64,000 nucleotides of DNA, from contig JACPLD010000001.1 of the NCBI GenBank assembly GCA_016186765.1, positions 42,560 to 106,559 of the forward strand, read 5' to 3'. The position numbers were made by a program, and so were the translations under genes. Of this stretch, positions 1 through 10,081 are shown one piece after another. The stretch's first letter is position 1; the number at the start of each line of letters is the position of its first letter. The notes under the pieces were generated by a model. It was given only the letters and a program-made list of their open reading frames with translations, searched no databases and was not told the DNA's origin. The stretch comes from Candidatus Kaiserbacteria bacterium. Its GTDB lineage: Bacteria > Patescibacteriota > Minisyncoccia > Phycocordibacterales > UBA2100.

Positions 1-411
1 TGGCTTGTGACGCGTGTATGGCTAACGCTCTCGAGCGTTGATACATCTCTGAGCTTGCGGCTCATAGAAGAAACGATCCGCGAGCGGGAAAAGCGGCACA
101 TTCAGAACGTGCGCGCAGCCGGTTCGTTCTTCGTGAATCCTGTCGCGCCGCAAGAGGTGCGGGGGCAATTTGAGAAAGAGAAGGGCATAAAGTCGCGCGA
201 AGGACGCGTGCCGGCTGGGTGGCTCATCGAAAAGGTTGGGCTCAAGGGTGCACGTATAGGTGGTGCCGTTGCGAGCGAACAGCACCCCAACTACATCAAA
301 AACGACGACAACGCGACAGCTGCGCAGGTGAAAGAACTCGCCCAAAAGATCAAAGACGCGGTGCGCGAGAAGTTTGGCGTAGAACTTCAGGAAGAAGCTG
401 TTGTCCTCTGA
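1..411 (+). CDS. murB: UDP-N-acetylenolpyruvoylglucosamine reductase MurB, C-terminal fragment (5' truncated by window edge)
   Basis: Translation ...GGAVASEQHPNYIKN..KFGVELQEEAVVL matches the conserved MurB C-terminal region; ORF runs in from the window start. Confidence 0.7.
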   Translation, partial: WLVTRVWLTLSSVDTSLSLRLIEETIREREKRHIQNVRAAGSFFVNPVAPQEVRGQFEKEKGIKSREGRVPAGWLIEKVGLKGARIGGAVASEQHPNYIKNDDNATAAQVKELAQKIKDAVREKFGVELQEEAVVL

Positions 412-456
412 TTCTTGTTTTATACTCCATACGCGATACCTTATACTCCATACGCT

Positions 457-1032
457 ATGTCTTTTGAACCATACGCTGCGCGGACGCACGAGAAGATGAA
501 AGAGGTTCTGATGAATCCCGACGTGCCGGGGCCTGCGATCCACTACTACATGATCCGCGGCGGCTCGGAGAAGCGAAATATCACGATTTGGGAAAGCGGC
601 ACGGTGGGTGGTGAGTACATCAAAACGTACGGACATTACCATGTGGATGAGCTCGATGAGACCTATTGGGTGCTCACGGGCGAAGGCATCATCCTGCAGC
701 AAAAGCTCGCAGATCCGACAGTGCCGGACGTGGTTGAGGAATTCAAGGCCATTCGCGTGAAGGCAGGAGATTCCGTATACATGCCGCCGCAGGTCGGACA
801 CCTTGCCGTGAACATCGGGAAAACGTGGCTCGTCACTGCAGATGATAGTCCCGTGGCCGGTACCGGTGATTCCGCTTCAATGCCGGTCCATGCCGATTAC
901 GAATCAGTAAAGAAAATGTGCGGCTTCGCGTACTACGTTGTCGAAAAAGACGGCAAACCCGTGCTCGTCCCGAACAAGCTCTACAAAGAAATACGGAAAT
1001 CAGATTTCGGCGGAGTGCGTGTCTTGCAATAG
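457..1032 (+). CDS. pgi: cupin-type (archaeal-type) glucose-6-phosphate isomerase
   Basis: Cupin PGI signatures TYGHYHVDELDETYWVL and YMPPQVGHLAVNIG (PPxxxHxxxN), ~190 aa. Start taken at second Met (MSFEPYAART); ORF track extends to 415. Confidence 0.6.
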   Translation: MSFEPYAARTHEKMKEVLMNPDVPGPAIHYYMIRGGSEKRNITIWESGTVGGEYIKTYGHYHVDELDETYWVLTGEGIILQQKLADPTVPDVVEEFKAIRVKAGDSVYMPPQVGHLAVNIGKTWLVTADDSPVAGTGDSASMPVHADYESVKKMCGFAYYVVEKDGKPVLVPNKLYKEIRKSDFGGVRVLQ

Positions 1033-1094
1033 GGCAAGTTATAGTGTATTTCTTTTGAGGGTACATTCCAGTACCGGAATAGGAGTTTCCGCCC

Positions 1095-1403
1095 ATGATC
1101 ATGATCCTTGAGATGAACCCGGATGCCCGCGAGCGCATGAAAGTTGCGCTTGTCGAAGCAGGCTATTCAGTGCGAGGCTTTGACGATAAAGAAGCGCTTA
1201 TCGAAGCCTTGTGCCAAGACCCGCACAGCTGCGAGCTCGTTTTGATCGGAAATGGTAACCAGAGCTCGCTGTTCGACGCGATGAACATGTATTCATTTCT
1301 CGACTCGGTTCCAAGAGCGTCTGTCGGCAAAGCCATACCCGGCGACACGGACAGAAAGGAAAGATTAGTCCGCGTCGTGAAGAGATCCAAAAGAGCACTA
1401 TAA
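1095..1403 (+). CDS. hypothetical protein with degenerate CheY-like receiver fold (no phospho-acceptor Asp; LVLIGNGN in place of the hhhhD motif)
   Basis: Weak receiver-like pattern MKVALVEAGYSV..DDKEALIEAL..CELVLIG; sits between pgi and uvrA. Confidence 0.35.
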   Translation: MIMILEMNPDARERMKVALVEAGYSVRGFDDKEALIEALCQDPHSCELVLIGNGNQSSLFDAMNMYSFLDSVPRASVGKAIPGDTDRKERLVRVVKRSKRAL

Positions 1404-1532
1404 CTTCTCGCGATGGCTGACTTGTTCTCGAGAAGCCCCGAAGGAAACTTTGGGGCTCTCATTTTATGTAAGGCGTTGTGTTATACTTTCGCACTACCTA
1501 CCCCTACTGACCGTGTGGGGAGGGTTTGCGTT

Positions 1533-4160
1533 ATGGAAGACAAAATCATCGTCAAGGGCGCGCGTACGCATAATTTGAAAGATATTACCGTGGAGATACC
1601 GCGCAATAAGATGGTCGTATTTACGGGACTCTCGGGCAGCGGGAAGTCGTCTTTGGCGTTCGACACGATCTTCGCCGAAGGCCAGCGCAAATATGTGGAG
1701 TCGCTCTCGGCGTACGCACGACAATTCCTTCGGCAAATGCAGAAGCCGGATGTCGATGAGATCTCGGGGCTTTCTCCGGCGATCTCGATAGATCAAAAAA
1801 GTCGTTCAAACAATCCACGTTCAACGGTGGCGACTATCACGGAAATCTATGACTACCTGCGCGTCCTCTACGCGCGTATCGGCAAACCACACTGTCTCCT
1901 ATGTGGAAGGGAAGTACGGAAGCGTTCCAACGAGGAAATTCTTGATACGGTGCTCAGGATTGTTGATAAGGCGCTGAAACATCAAGGACCGTCCTCGATG
2001 AAATATAAAGGACGGTCCTTGATATCTAGTGTGTCGAGGACAAAAATTCGCATCGGCGCGCCGCTTATAGTTGGTCGTAAGGGAGAATACTACCAACTGC
2101 TCTACGATCTGCTTAACAAAGGCTTCGAGAAGGTGGTCGTGGATGGGCAGGAGAAATCGCTACGCGAGCGGATAGAGCTCAAGAAACATTTTAAACACTC
2201 GATAGACGTTGTAGTGGACGAGATCTTCGTTTCGGAGTTCAAGGATGATCCGAAGGGAACGCGCGAGCGCGCGTCTGAGGCGATTGAGCGCGCACTACAC
2301 GAATCCGATGGTCTCGTGCGCATTACGGATCCAGACGGCACCGACCACCTTGTTTCCGCCAAATTCATGTGTGCGTACGACGGCTTTTCATTTCCAGAGG
2401 TCGAGCCGCGGCTCTTCTCATTCAACTCTCCCTACGGGGCGTGTCCGGAATGCAAGGGATTGGGCACGAAGTATTTCTTTGGTGATGAACCGTGCGACGT
2501 TTGTAGAGGAGCGCGGCTAAGGCCGGAGTCGCTGAATGTATTTCTCGGGGCTGTCAAGGAGCGCGAGGCGCACGATGGACCGGCAATCGGAACAAATATC
2601 GTGAATCTATCCTCTCTCTCGATCGAGGAAGCGATGGGTTTTTTTAAAAAGCTGAGACTCACGAAAAAAGAAGAAGAGATCTCGTATGTTGTTGTGAAGG
2701 AAATCACGAGTCGCCTGCAGTTCATGCTCAACGTCGGCATCGAATATTTAACGCTCGATCGGAAGGCGAACACACTCTCAGGTGGTGAGGCACAACGCAT
2801 ACGGCTTGCTTCGCAGCTAGGCAGTGGTCTTGTCGGCGCATTGTACGTGCTCGATGAGCCGACGATAGGGCTTCATCAGCGCGACAACGACAAGCTCATC
2901 GAGACCCTGAAGCACTTGCGCGATCTGGGCAACACGGTTCTCGTCGTCGAGCACGACGAAGATACAATCTTCGCCTCCGACTACGTGGTCGACCTTGGTC
3001 CGGGTGCCGGCACGCACGGCGGGAACGTCGTCGTCTCGGGCTGGCTCGACCCGCTCCTTACCGCAAAGTCAAACAGATCGGGCTCGCGCACACTCGCCTA
3101 TTTGCGGGATGAAGTTCGAATCGAGATACCAGAGGGGAGACGGACCGCGGACAAGGGAAAGGTAAAGATACGAGGCGCGTCGAAGTTCAACCTCAACAAA
3201 ATCAACGTCGATGTTCCGCTTGGAAAGTTGATCTGCATCACCGGTGTTTCCGGCTCAGGAAAGTCGACGTTCTTGTATGAGATCCTTCATCGAAATCTGC
3301 AAGCTCGTTTCGACAAGCGCTACCGGAGCGCAAAGACGTACAATGCCGCCGAATTTTCCGGCACAGAGTATCTTGGACGCTCCATACTCATCGATCAATC
3401 GCCGATCGGCCGCACGCCGCGCAGCAATCCTGCGACCTACACAGGAGCGTGGAGTCATATTCGCGACATGTTTGCGATGAGTGAAGAAGCACGTACGCGC
3501 GGATGGGCTCCGGGGCGCTTTTCGTTCAATGTGAAGGGTGGTCGCTGCGAGGCGTGTCAGGGGAACGGTCTCGTCGCTGTCGAAATGCACTTTTTGCCAA
3601 CAGTCTACGTTACATGCGACGTATGCAATGGAAAGCGTTTTATGAAAGAAACCCTCGAGGTGAAATATAAGAAAAAAAGCATTCACGATATTCTGACGAT
3701 GACGGTAGAAGAGGCACTCGCATTCTTCGAGGATATTCCGGCGATCGCCGATCGGCTGCAAACGCTCTCCGACGTGGGCCTCGATTACCTCGAACTCGGT
3801 CAGAGCGCTACGACCTTGAGCGGCGGAGAAGCACAACGCGTGAAGATCGCCTCCGAGCTCTATCGACCGCTCACGACAAAAACCATCTACCTCCTCGATG
3901 AGCCAACGGTGGGGCTTCACTACGACGACGTAGCGAAACTCATTTCTATTCTTCAAAAGCTCGTGGAGCGCGGCAACACGGTCGTGGTTATCGAGCACAA
4001 CCTCGATGTCCTCAAGTCAGCTGATTACATCATCGATCTTGGTCCTGAGGGCGGCGAGCGTGGTGGAACAATAGTTGCACGAGGTACTCCCGAACAGGTA
4101 TCAAAAACGGAGGGTTCCCATACGGGCTTTTATCTCAAGCGGGTTCTGAAGAAACGTTAA
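1533..4160 (+). CDS. uvrA: excinuclease ABC subunit A
   Basis: [66 protein letters not shown], two ABC ATPase modules, zinc-finger Cys pairs. ATG at 1533 is preceded by GGAGGG; the ORF track's upstream extension was discarded. Confidence 0.95.
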   Translation: MEDKIIVKGARTHNLKDITVEIPRNKMVVFTGLSGSGKSSLAFDTIFAEGQRKYVESLSAYARQFLRQMQKPDVDEISGLSPAISIDQKSRSNNPRSTVATITEIYDYLRVLYARIGKPHCLLCGREVRKRSNEEILDTVLRIVDKALKHQGPSSMKYKGRSLISSVSRTKIRIGAPLIVGRKGEYYQLLYDLLNKGFEKVVVDGQEKSLRERIELKKHFKHSIDVVVDEIFVSEFKDDPKGTRERASEAIERALHESDGLVRITDPDGTDHLVSAKFMCAYDGFSFPEVEPRLFSFNSPYGACPECKGLGTKYFFGDEPCDVCRGARLRPESLNVFLGAVKEREAHDGPAIGTNIVNLSSLSIEEAMGFFKKLRLTKKEEEISYVVVKEITSRLQFMLNVGIEYLTLDRKANTLSGGEAQRIRLASQLGSGLVGALYVLDEPTIGLHQRDNDKLIETLKHLRDLGNTVLVVEHDEDTIFASDYVVDLGPGAGTHGGNVVVSGWLDPLLTAKSNRSGSRTLAYLRDEVRIEIPEGRRTADKGKVKIRGASKFNLNKINVDVPLGKLICITGVSGSGKSTFLYEILHRNLQARFDKRYRSAKTYNAAEFSGTEYLGRSILIDQSPIGRTPRSNPATYTGAWSHIRDMFAMSEEARTRGWAPGRFSFNVKGGRCEACQGNGLVAVEMHFLPTVYVTCDVCNGKRFMKETLEVKYKKKSIHDILTMTVEEALAFFEDIPAIADRLQTLSDVGLDYLELGQSATTLSGGEAQRVKIASELYRPLTTKTIYLLDEPTVGLHYDDVAKLISILQKLVERGNTVVVIEHNLDVLKSADYIIDLGPEGGERGGTIVARGTPEQVSKTEGSHTGFYLKRVLKKR

Positions 4161-7100
4161 CTGTGGTACTCATCCCACGCCTTCGCCTTCAAGCCATTTC
4201 TCTTTTGCTCAGCAAGCGCGGTCACGAACGCCTCAGCGAGCTGGCGGTTCGTGATGAGGGGAATGTTCATGTCGACTGCCTTGCGCCGTATGATGAAGCC
4301 GTCGGTATTCTCCCGCTCGTACGCCCGGGTTGGAATATTGATGATGAGATCTACGGCGCCTTCTTCTATGAGCGATAGGACGCTTGGCTCGCGTTTCGAG
4401 CTTATTTTGTACACCTTCTCGCAAGCAACACCGTTTACGGAGAGGAAATCGGCCGTGTGTTCGGTAGCGAACAGTTTGAATTTCAAATCTACCAAGAGCT
4501 GCATCGAGGACAGCAGTTTCAGTTTGTTCTCTTCTTTGCCGAGTGATACGAGGATATTTTTCTTGGGCAGTCTGAAGCCGGAGGCGAGCATGGCTTTAAG
4601 AAGGGCCTCACCGTAGGTATCGCCGAAGCAGGCGACCTCGCCAGTCGAAGCCATTTCCACGAATGAACGGGGGTCTGCGCCCTTGATGCGGCCGTATGAA
4701 AATTGCGGCGACTTGACTGCCACATAATCTAATTCAAGTGTCTGATAGCGTTGATGAATGTCCTCGCCTCGCCCCGTTAGAGAAACACCCCTCTCTAACG
4801 GGGCGAGCATCGCGCGCGTCGCGATATCAATGAAATTGTAACCAGTGACTTTAGAAACGAAAGGAAAGGAACGACTGGCTCGCACATTACATTCGATTAC
4901 TTGCAGGCGATTGTCCTTTGCAATGAATTGCACGTTGAAAGGACCAGTGATCTTGAGCTCGCGGACGATCGCTCTTGCTACGTCTTTGGCGCGCCTTGTA
5001 GTTTCGAGGTAGGTGCGCTGCGGAGGTAAGACAACAGTCGCATCTCCTGAGTGCGTCCCAGCGTTCTCAATGTGCTCAGTGATCGCATAGATCAGGAGCG
5101 ATCCTTGCGTGGCAACACCGTCGATCTCTATTTCACGCGCGTTCTCGATGAACTTCGAAATCACGACAGGATGATCTGGGGAAACATCAGCAGCACGTTG
5201 GAGGTACGTAATGAGCCTCTCGCGATTCAAGGCGACACTCATTGCCGCACCCGAGAGCACATACGAGGGACGTACCAAAACTGGATACCCGATCTTTTCT
5301 GCAGCACGAATGGCTGCACTCGGACTCGTGAGCTCCGCCCACGCCGGCTGATCGATCCCCAATCGGTCGAGCAGCTTTGAGAAGGCGTGACGGTTTTCAG
5401 CACGGTCGATATTGCGCGGGTTTGTTCCAAAGATCTTTATACCGGCTTTTTGAAGCGGAAGCGCGAGGTTGTTCGGTATCTGCCCACCAGTGGAGACGAT
5501 GACGCCTTTGGGTTTTTCGAACTCGACGATATCCAAAACACGCTCGAGCGAGAGTTCCTCGAAATAGAGTCTGTCCGACATATCGTAGTCGGTCGAGACG
5601 GTTTCGGGATTCGAATTTATCATGATGGTCTGGTATCCCTTTTTGGCAAGTGTCGAAAGGGCCTGCACTCCCGACCAATCGAATTCTACTGATGAGCCGA
5701 TTGCATACGGACCGCTTCCCAGGACGATCGCACTGTGCTTTCCGGGTTTGATGTCGTGCTCGCTCCCATGGTAGGTGAGATAGAGGTAGTTCGTCTTCGC
5801 AGGAAACTCCCCGGCGAGTGTGTCTACCTGTTTGATGCTCGGGAGTATGGCGTATTTTTTGCGCAGCGTGCGGATCTTTTCTTCAGAGATTTTCTTAAGC
5901 GTTGCTACCTGCCTATCCGAAAAACCAAGCTTCTTGGCGTCGAGAAGAGCATTCCTACCAAGGTCCGACCTTGATAGAGAGCGGCCGAAGTCGGTTATGT
6001 TTTTCATCTTTTCTAGGAACCACGTGTCGATCCCGGAGAGTGCGTGAATCTTTTGCACAGAGGTTCCTTTCTTGAGCGCTTCTGCTATTGCGAAGATGCG
6101 ACGCGTTGTTGGCTCCCGGATTTCTTTGAGGTATTCGGGCATTTGAAAGTTGTTGCTTCGGTGCGCGGTGAAGCCGTCTGCGCCGATATTCAGCATCCGT
6201 AGGGCCTTTTGGAGCACCTCCTCAAAGCTTCTTCCGATCGCCATTACCTCGCCGACGCTCTTCATCTCGCTCCCTATCGCAGAGCTCGCGTGGTCGAACT
6301 TTGTGATGTCCCAACGGGGGATCTTGAGAACAAGGTAGTCGAGTGCGGGTTCGAAGCACGCCGTTGTCTTTTTCGTCACGGAGTTTTTGAGCTCGGGAAG
6401 CGTATAGCCGAGAGCAAGCATTGCGGCGACAAACGCTAAGGGATAGCCGGTTGCCTTGGAGGCAAGTGCCGAAGAGCGAGAGAGTCTCGCATTCACCTCT
6501 ATCACGCGGTACTCGCCGGTCTTGGAATGCAACGCATACTGGATGTTGCACTCGCCAACGATGCCGAGATGCCGGATGACGCGGATCGCGATCTCGCGGA
6601 GACGGTGATACTCCTCGTTCGTGAGGGTTTGCGAGGGGGCGACGACGATCGAATCTCCGGTGTGGACACCCATCGGATCGATGTTTTCCATGTTGCAGAC
6701 CGTGACGCAGTTGTCGGCCGCGTCGCGCACGACTTCGTATTCGATTTCCTTCCATCCGCCCACGTACTCCTCGATAAGAACTTGCGGCACGGCACGGAAC
6801 ACCTCCTTGAGTTTTTCGGAGAGTGCTGTTCCGTCTCGAACGACACCCGATCCTTCGCCGCCTAAGGCAAATCCAGCGCGCACCATGACAGGATAGCCGA
6901 TCTTCTCCGCCGCCTTCTGCGCTTCCGGAATGGTCGATGCCGCCTGGCTTCGGGGTGTTGCGACGCCGATCTCATTGAGGCAACGAACGAAGAGGTCGCG
7001 ATCTTCGGTGTTGCGGATGGCCGAGACTGGCGTGCCGAGCACACGGACGGCGTACTTCTTGAGGATGCCACGCTCGTCGAGAGCGAGTCCGAGGTTCAGG

Positions 7101-7378
7101 GCTGTTTGGCCTCCAAAGCCTAGGAGAATGCCGTCTGGTCGCTCTTTCTTGATGACGTGCGTTGCGAACTGGAGCGTGAGAGGGAGGAAATAGACGGTGT
7201 CGGCGAACGTCTCGTTCGTCTGAATGGTAGCGATGTTCGGATTGATGAGGACGACTTTTATGCCTTCCTCTTTAAGAGCTTTGATCGCCTGTGAACCGGA
7301 GTAGTCGAACTCACCTGCCTGGCCGATCTTGAGACCACCGGATCCGAGCAGCAATACTTTCTTTGGTTTGGATTTCAT
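4157..7378 (-). CDS. carB: carbamoyl-phosphate synthase large subunit
   Basis: MKSKPKKVLLLGSGGLKIGQAGEFDYSGSQA.. N-terminus, two ATP-grasp halves, MGS-like C-terminus, ~1073 aa. Start 7378 directly follows the carA stop. Its stop overlaps the uvrA stop in a shared TTAA. Confidence 0.95.
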   Translation of the reverse strand: MKSKPKKVLLLGSGGLKIGQAGEFDYSGSQAIKALKEEGIKVVLINPNIATIQTNETFADTVYFLPLTLQFATHVIKKERPDGILLGFGGQTALNLGLALDERGILKKYAVRVLGTPVSAIRNTEDRDLFVRCLNEIGVATPRSQAASTIPEAQKAAEKIGYPVMVRAGFALGGEGSGVVRDGTALSEKLKEVFRAVPQVLIEEYVGGWKEIEYEVVRDAADNCVTVCNMENIDPMGVHTGDSIVVAPSQTLTNEEYHRLREIAIRVIRHLGIVGECNIQYALHSKTGEYRVIEVNARLSRSSALASKATGYPLAFVAAMLALGYTLPELKNSVTKKTTACFEPALDYLVLKIPRWDITKFDHASSAIGSEMKSVGEVMAIGRSFEEVLQKALRMLNIGADGFTAHRSNNFQMPEYLKEIREPTTRRIFAIAEALKKGTSVQKIHALSGIDTWFLEKMKNITDFGRSLSRSDLGRNALLDAKKLGFSDRQVATLKKISEEKIRTLRKKYAILPSIKQVDTLAGEFPAKTNYLYLTYHGSEHDIKPGKHSAIVLGSGPYAIGSSVEFDWSGVQALSTLAKKGYQTIMINSNPETVSTDYDMSDRLYFEELSLERVLDIVEFEKPKGVIVSTGGQIPNNLALPLQKAGIKIFGTNPRNIDRAENRHAFSKLLDRLGIDQPAWAELTSPSAAIRAAEKIGYPVLVRPSYVLSGAAMSVALNRERLITYLQRAADVSPDHPVVISKFIENAREIEIDGVATQGSLLIYAITEHIENAGTHSGDATVVLPPQRTYLETTRRAKDVARAIVRELKITGPFNVQFIAKDNRLQVIECNVRASRSFPFVSKVTGYNFIDIATRAMLAPLERGVSLTGRGEDIHQRYQTLELDYVAVKSPQFSYGRIKGADPRSFVEMASTGEVACFGDTYGEALLKAMLASGFRLPKKNILVSLGKEENKLKLLSSMQLLVDLKFKLFATEHTADFLSVNGVACEKVYKISSKREPSVLSLIEEGAVDLIINIPTRAYERENTDGFIIRRKAVDMNIPLITNRQLAEAFVTALAEQKRNGLKAKAWDEYHS

Positions 7379-8490
7379 ATGTCTGTACTTTTGCCTTTTG
7401 CCCTTTGCCTTTTGAGTTGCTCTACGAATTCGTCGAATATCCATGCCGTATCTGTTGGGCCCGGAGAGGCTTCAGGGTGAAATTGAACGGAGCTCCACGG
7501 CTTCGTTTTATGTCGGATGCCCTCATTGCTGTCGTCGTTTGCGTTCACGAACCATTCCTCCCAGCCGGAGGGCAGGGATTTTCCGTCCACCGCGAAGCCG
7601 TGGTTTTGCGAGGTGATGTAGCAGCGTTTCGTGTTTTGCTCGACACATGGTTGGTTCTGTGAGCGGTGACCGTACTTGAGTTTGTAGGTTTTCCCGCCGG
7701 CGGCGAGCGCGAGTAGCTGATTGCCGAGGCATACGCCGAGGATCGGCTTTCCTCTTTTCATCGCGACGCGTATGTTCTCAATAGTCTTAGCGCACATTGT
7801 CGGATCGCCGGGGCCGTTCGAAAGCAGGAGGCCGTCGTACCTCTCTTTATTGAAATCGTAGTCCCATGGGACGCGAATTACCGTCGCACCTCGAGAAAGA
7901 AGGGAGCGGAGAATATTTTCCTTCATCCCACAGTCGACGGCAACGATCCTCGGCTTCCCGCCTTCGCGGGGCCGTAGCCCGCTTCGGCGAGGCGGAGGCC
8001 CGCCGCGATAGATTTGTTTCTTCTTCGGGCTTACCCGCTCGACGAGATTTTCTTCATTCGGATCTACGAACCCCTTTGGTTTCCCACTATGCACAAGTTC
8101 GCCTAAAAGAACGCCGTGCTCGCGCAATCTCTTTGTGAGCGTGCGTGTGTCGACGCCCGAGATCGCAGGGACGCCTGATTTTTTGAGCCAATCGGCAAGT
8201 GAGCGCACAGCCTTCGCATGCGAGTACTTCTCGGAATACTCCGAAACGACAAGACCGGCGATCTGTACTCTTTGAGATTCGAAAAACTTTTTGGCGGGTA
8301 CACCGTAGTTGCCAATGAGAGGATAGGTGCAGACCAATATTTGTCCCGCGTAGGACGGATCGGTGAATGCTTCAGGGTATCCAACCATGCCCGTGTTGAA
8401 GACAACTTCGCCAGCAACCGATCCGCCAGCTGGCGGAGCGCCGAAGCTCTTTCCCTCGATGACTGTTCCGTCTTTAAGGAATAATTTCAT
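7375..8490 (-). CDS. carA: carbamoyl-phosphate synthase small subunit (glutamine amidotransferase)
   Basis: MKLFLKDGTVIEGKSFGAP.. N-terminal domain plus class I GATase region (GVCLGNQLLALAAGG), 371 aa. Confidence 0.95.
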   Translation of the reverse strand: MKLFLKDGTVIEGKSFGAPPAGGSVAGEVVFNTGMVGYPEAFTDPSYAGQILVCTYPLIGNYGVPAKKFFESQRVQIAGLVVSEYSEKYSHAKAVRSLADWLKKSGVPAISGVDTRTLTKRLREHGVLLGELVHSGKPKGFVDPNEENLVERVSPKKKQIYRGGPPPRRSGLRPREGGKPRIVAVDCGMKENILRSLLSRGATVIRVPWDYDFNKERYDGLLLSNGPGDPTMCAKTIENIRVAMKRGKPILGVCLGNQLLALAAGGKTYKLKYGHRSQNQPCVEQNTKRCYITSQNHGFAVDGKSLPSGWEEWFVNANDDSNEGIRHKTKPWSSVQFHPEASPGPTDTAWIFDEFVEQLKRQRAKGKSTDI

Positions 8491-8574
8491 AATTTGGAGT
8501 GTCCGCCTTCGCCAAGGCTTCGGCGGATTACTTTCTTACTAAAATGCCCGCTAACCGCGGGCACTGAAGGAAAG

Positions 8575-8599
8575 TAAAAAAATACACCCGGGTGGGTGT
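8575..8599 (-). terminator. possible attenuator/terminator hairpin in the carA leader (minus strand: ACACCC-ACCC-GGGTGT followed by a T7-8 tract)
   Basis: 6-bp GC-rich stem followed by TTTTTTTT on the minus strand, ~90 nt upstream of the carA start; no convergent minus-strand gene upstream that it could terminate. Confidence 0.3.
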
Positions 8600-8679
8600 T
8601 CTTGCGGTGGAAACCACTGGAGTCCATTAAAGCCAAACTCTAGCAAATCCATTTTGTACTGTCAAACCGGATGACTTGT

Positions 8680-8724
8680 GTATACCCCATGAGATGGCGG
8701 CTTTGCCTATCTCACGGGGTATAC
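8680..8724. promoter_or_regulatory. 15-bp inverted repeat (GTATACCCCATGAGA ..17 nt.. TCTCACGGGGTATAC, 14/15 match) ending 8 nt upstream of the uvrC GTG start
   Basis: Read directly from the sequence; lies in the divergent carA/uvrC intergenic region, operator-like geometry. Confidence 0.4.
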
Positions 8725-8731
8725 TCTCGCT

Positions 8732-9994
8732 GTGAAGCGAGAGGACATTAAAAAAATCAAGCTACCGGATTCAGCTGGCGTGTATCTCTTCAAGAAGGGG
8801 AGAAAGATCCTGTACATCGGCAAAGCCGCGTCCTTGAAGGATCGCGTCCGCAGCTACTTTGCGACGGATCTCGTACAGGGGAGAGGGACGCGCATTGTGG
8901 GAATGGTGGCCGAGGCGACGTCGGTCTCATGGCAAAAGACGGATTCCGTCCTTGAAGCACTCATGCTCGAAGCGAACCTCATCAAGCATCATCAGCCGCC
9001 GTACAACGTCGACCAAAAAGACAACAAGAGTTGGAACTACGTCGTCATCACAAAGGAGGATTTTCCGCGCGTTCTTGTCGTGCGTGGGCGCGGACTGTTT
9101 CAAAATTATGGGTTTCGTAAACCCTTACATATTAGTGGTTTACGAAACCCCTACATTGTTGGGCCGTACCCGCATGGTGGCCAGCTTCGAGAGGCAGTCA
9201 GAATGGTTCGCCGGATATTTCCATTCAGAGACAAGTGCACTCCACGTGTGGGCAAGTCTTGTTTCAACAGGCAGATCGGTCTCTGCCCGGGGGTGTGCAC
9301 CGGTGAGATATCGAAAGAAGAATACGCTCGAACCATTCGCAGTATTTGCGAACTATTTTCTGGGAACTTTAAGGGCCTCAAACGGCGTCTTGCTCGGGAG
9401 ATGAAGGCAGCAGCAACACGCGAAGATTTTGAACAGGCAGAAAGCTTCCGGCGGCAGATCTCTGCTCTCGAACATGTTCGTGATGTTTCGCTCATCAAAG
9501 ATGAATTCAGGCATTCATACGGCGGCCCTTCGACTTCGCTCAGGGCAAGCGGGACGCGCATTGAGGCGTTTGATGTTGCGCATATGGCCGGGGAAGAGAC
9601 GGTGGGCGTCATGACCGTGGTTGATAATGGCGAGCCGTACAAAGCGGCATATAGAAAATTCAATGTCCGGACCGCGACAAACGACGACGTGGCTGCGCTC
9701 AAAGAAATTTTGTCACGCCGCTTGAATCACACTGAGTGGCCTCTGCCTCGTGTGTTTGTCGTTGACGGAGGCCGTGCGCAGGTATGTGCTGCAGAACGCA
9801 TCTTGGAGAAGGTCGGGGTAATGATTCCAGTTATCGGCGTCGTGAAAAATGAATTCCATCGCCCCGAGCGTCTGATTGGAGACGAACGCGCAATTCAAGC
9901 CTTCGAGCGCGATATTTTACTCGCTAACAGCGAAGCACATCGCTTTGCTGTCGCATATCATAGGAAAAAGCGACAGCAAAGAAGTATCCAATAA
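8732..9994 (+). CDS. uvrC: excinuclease ABC subunit C, short form lacking the C-terminal HhH domain
   Basis: N-terminal GIY-YIG (GVYLFKKGRKILYIGKAASLKDRVRSYF), UvrBC-interaction and RNase H-like endonuclease region (RVFVVDGGRAQV..), 420 aa; GTG start. Confidence 0.85.
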   Translation: MKREDIKKIKLPDSAGVYLFKKGRKILYIGKAASLKDRVRSYFATDLVQGRGTRIVGMVAEATSVSWQKTDSVLEALMLEANLIKHHQPPYNVDQKDNKSWNYVVITKEDFPRVLVVRGRGLFQNYGFRKPLHISGLRNPYIVGPYPHGGQLREAVRMVRRIFPFRDKCTPRVGKSCFNRQIGLCPGVCTGEISKEEYARTIRSICELFSGNFKGLKRRLAREMKAAATREDFEQAESFRRQISALEHVRDVSLIKDEFRHSYGGPSTSLRASGTRIEAFDVAHMAGEETVGVMTVVDNGEPYKAAYRKFNVRTATNDDVAALKEILSRRLNHTEWPLPRVFVVDGGRAQVCAAERILEKVGVMIPVIGVVKNEFHRPERLIGDERAIQAFERDILLANSEAHRFAVAYHRKKRQQRSIQ

Positions 9995-10081
9995 CCAAGA
10001 AACAAGTTCTAGGAAGAATTTGAATAGTTTGGAAACTGTATCTTGGAATTTGGAGCTTCACAAAGTGATATACTTTGTGCT

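Noticed and set aside
1095-1403. Genuine response regulator
   Set aside because: The receiver-like fold lacks the phospho-acceptor aspartate and the conserved Lys. Kept only as a low-confidence hypothetical protein
4233-8484. Many 60-180-aa ORFs on both strands inside carB and carA (e.g. 6222..6755-, 6502..6846-, 7363..7662+, 7866..8138+)
   Set aside because: They are embedded in long, strongly conserved genes. Long alternative-frame ORFs are typical of GC-rich coding DNA
8491-8731. PyrR binding loop in the carA leader
   Set aside because: Only a partial resemblance (GACUCCAGUGG versus ARUCCNGNGAGG); not enough to call
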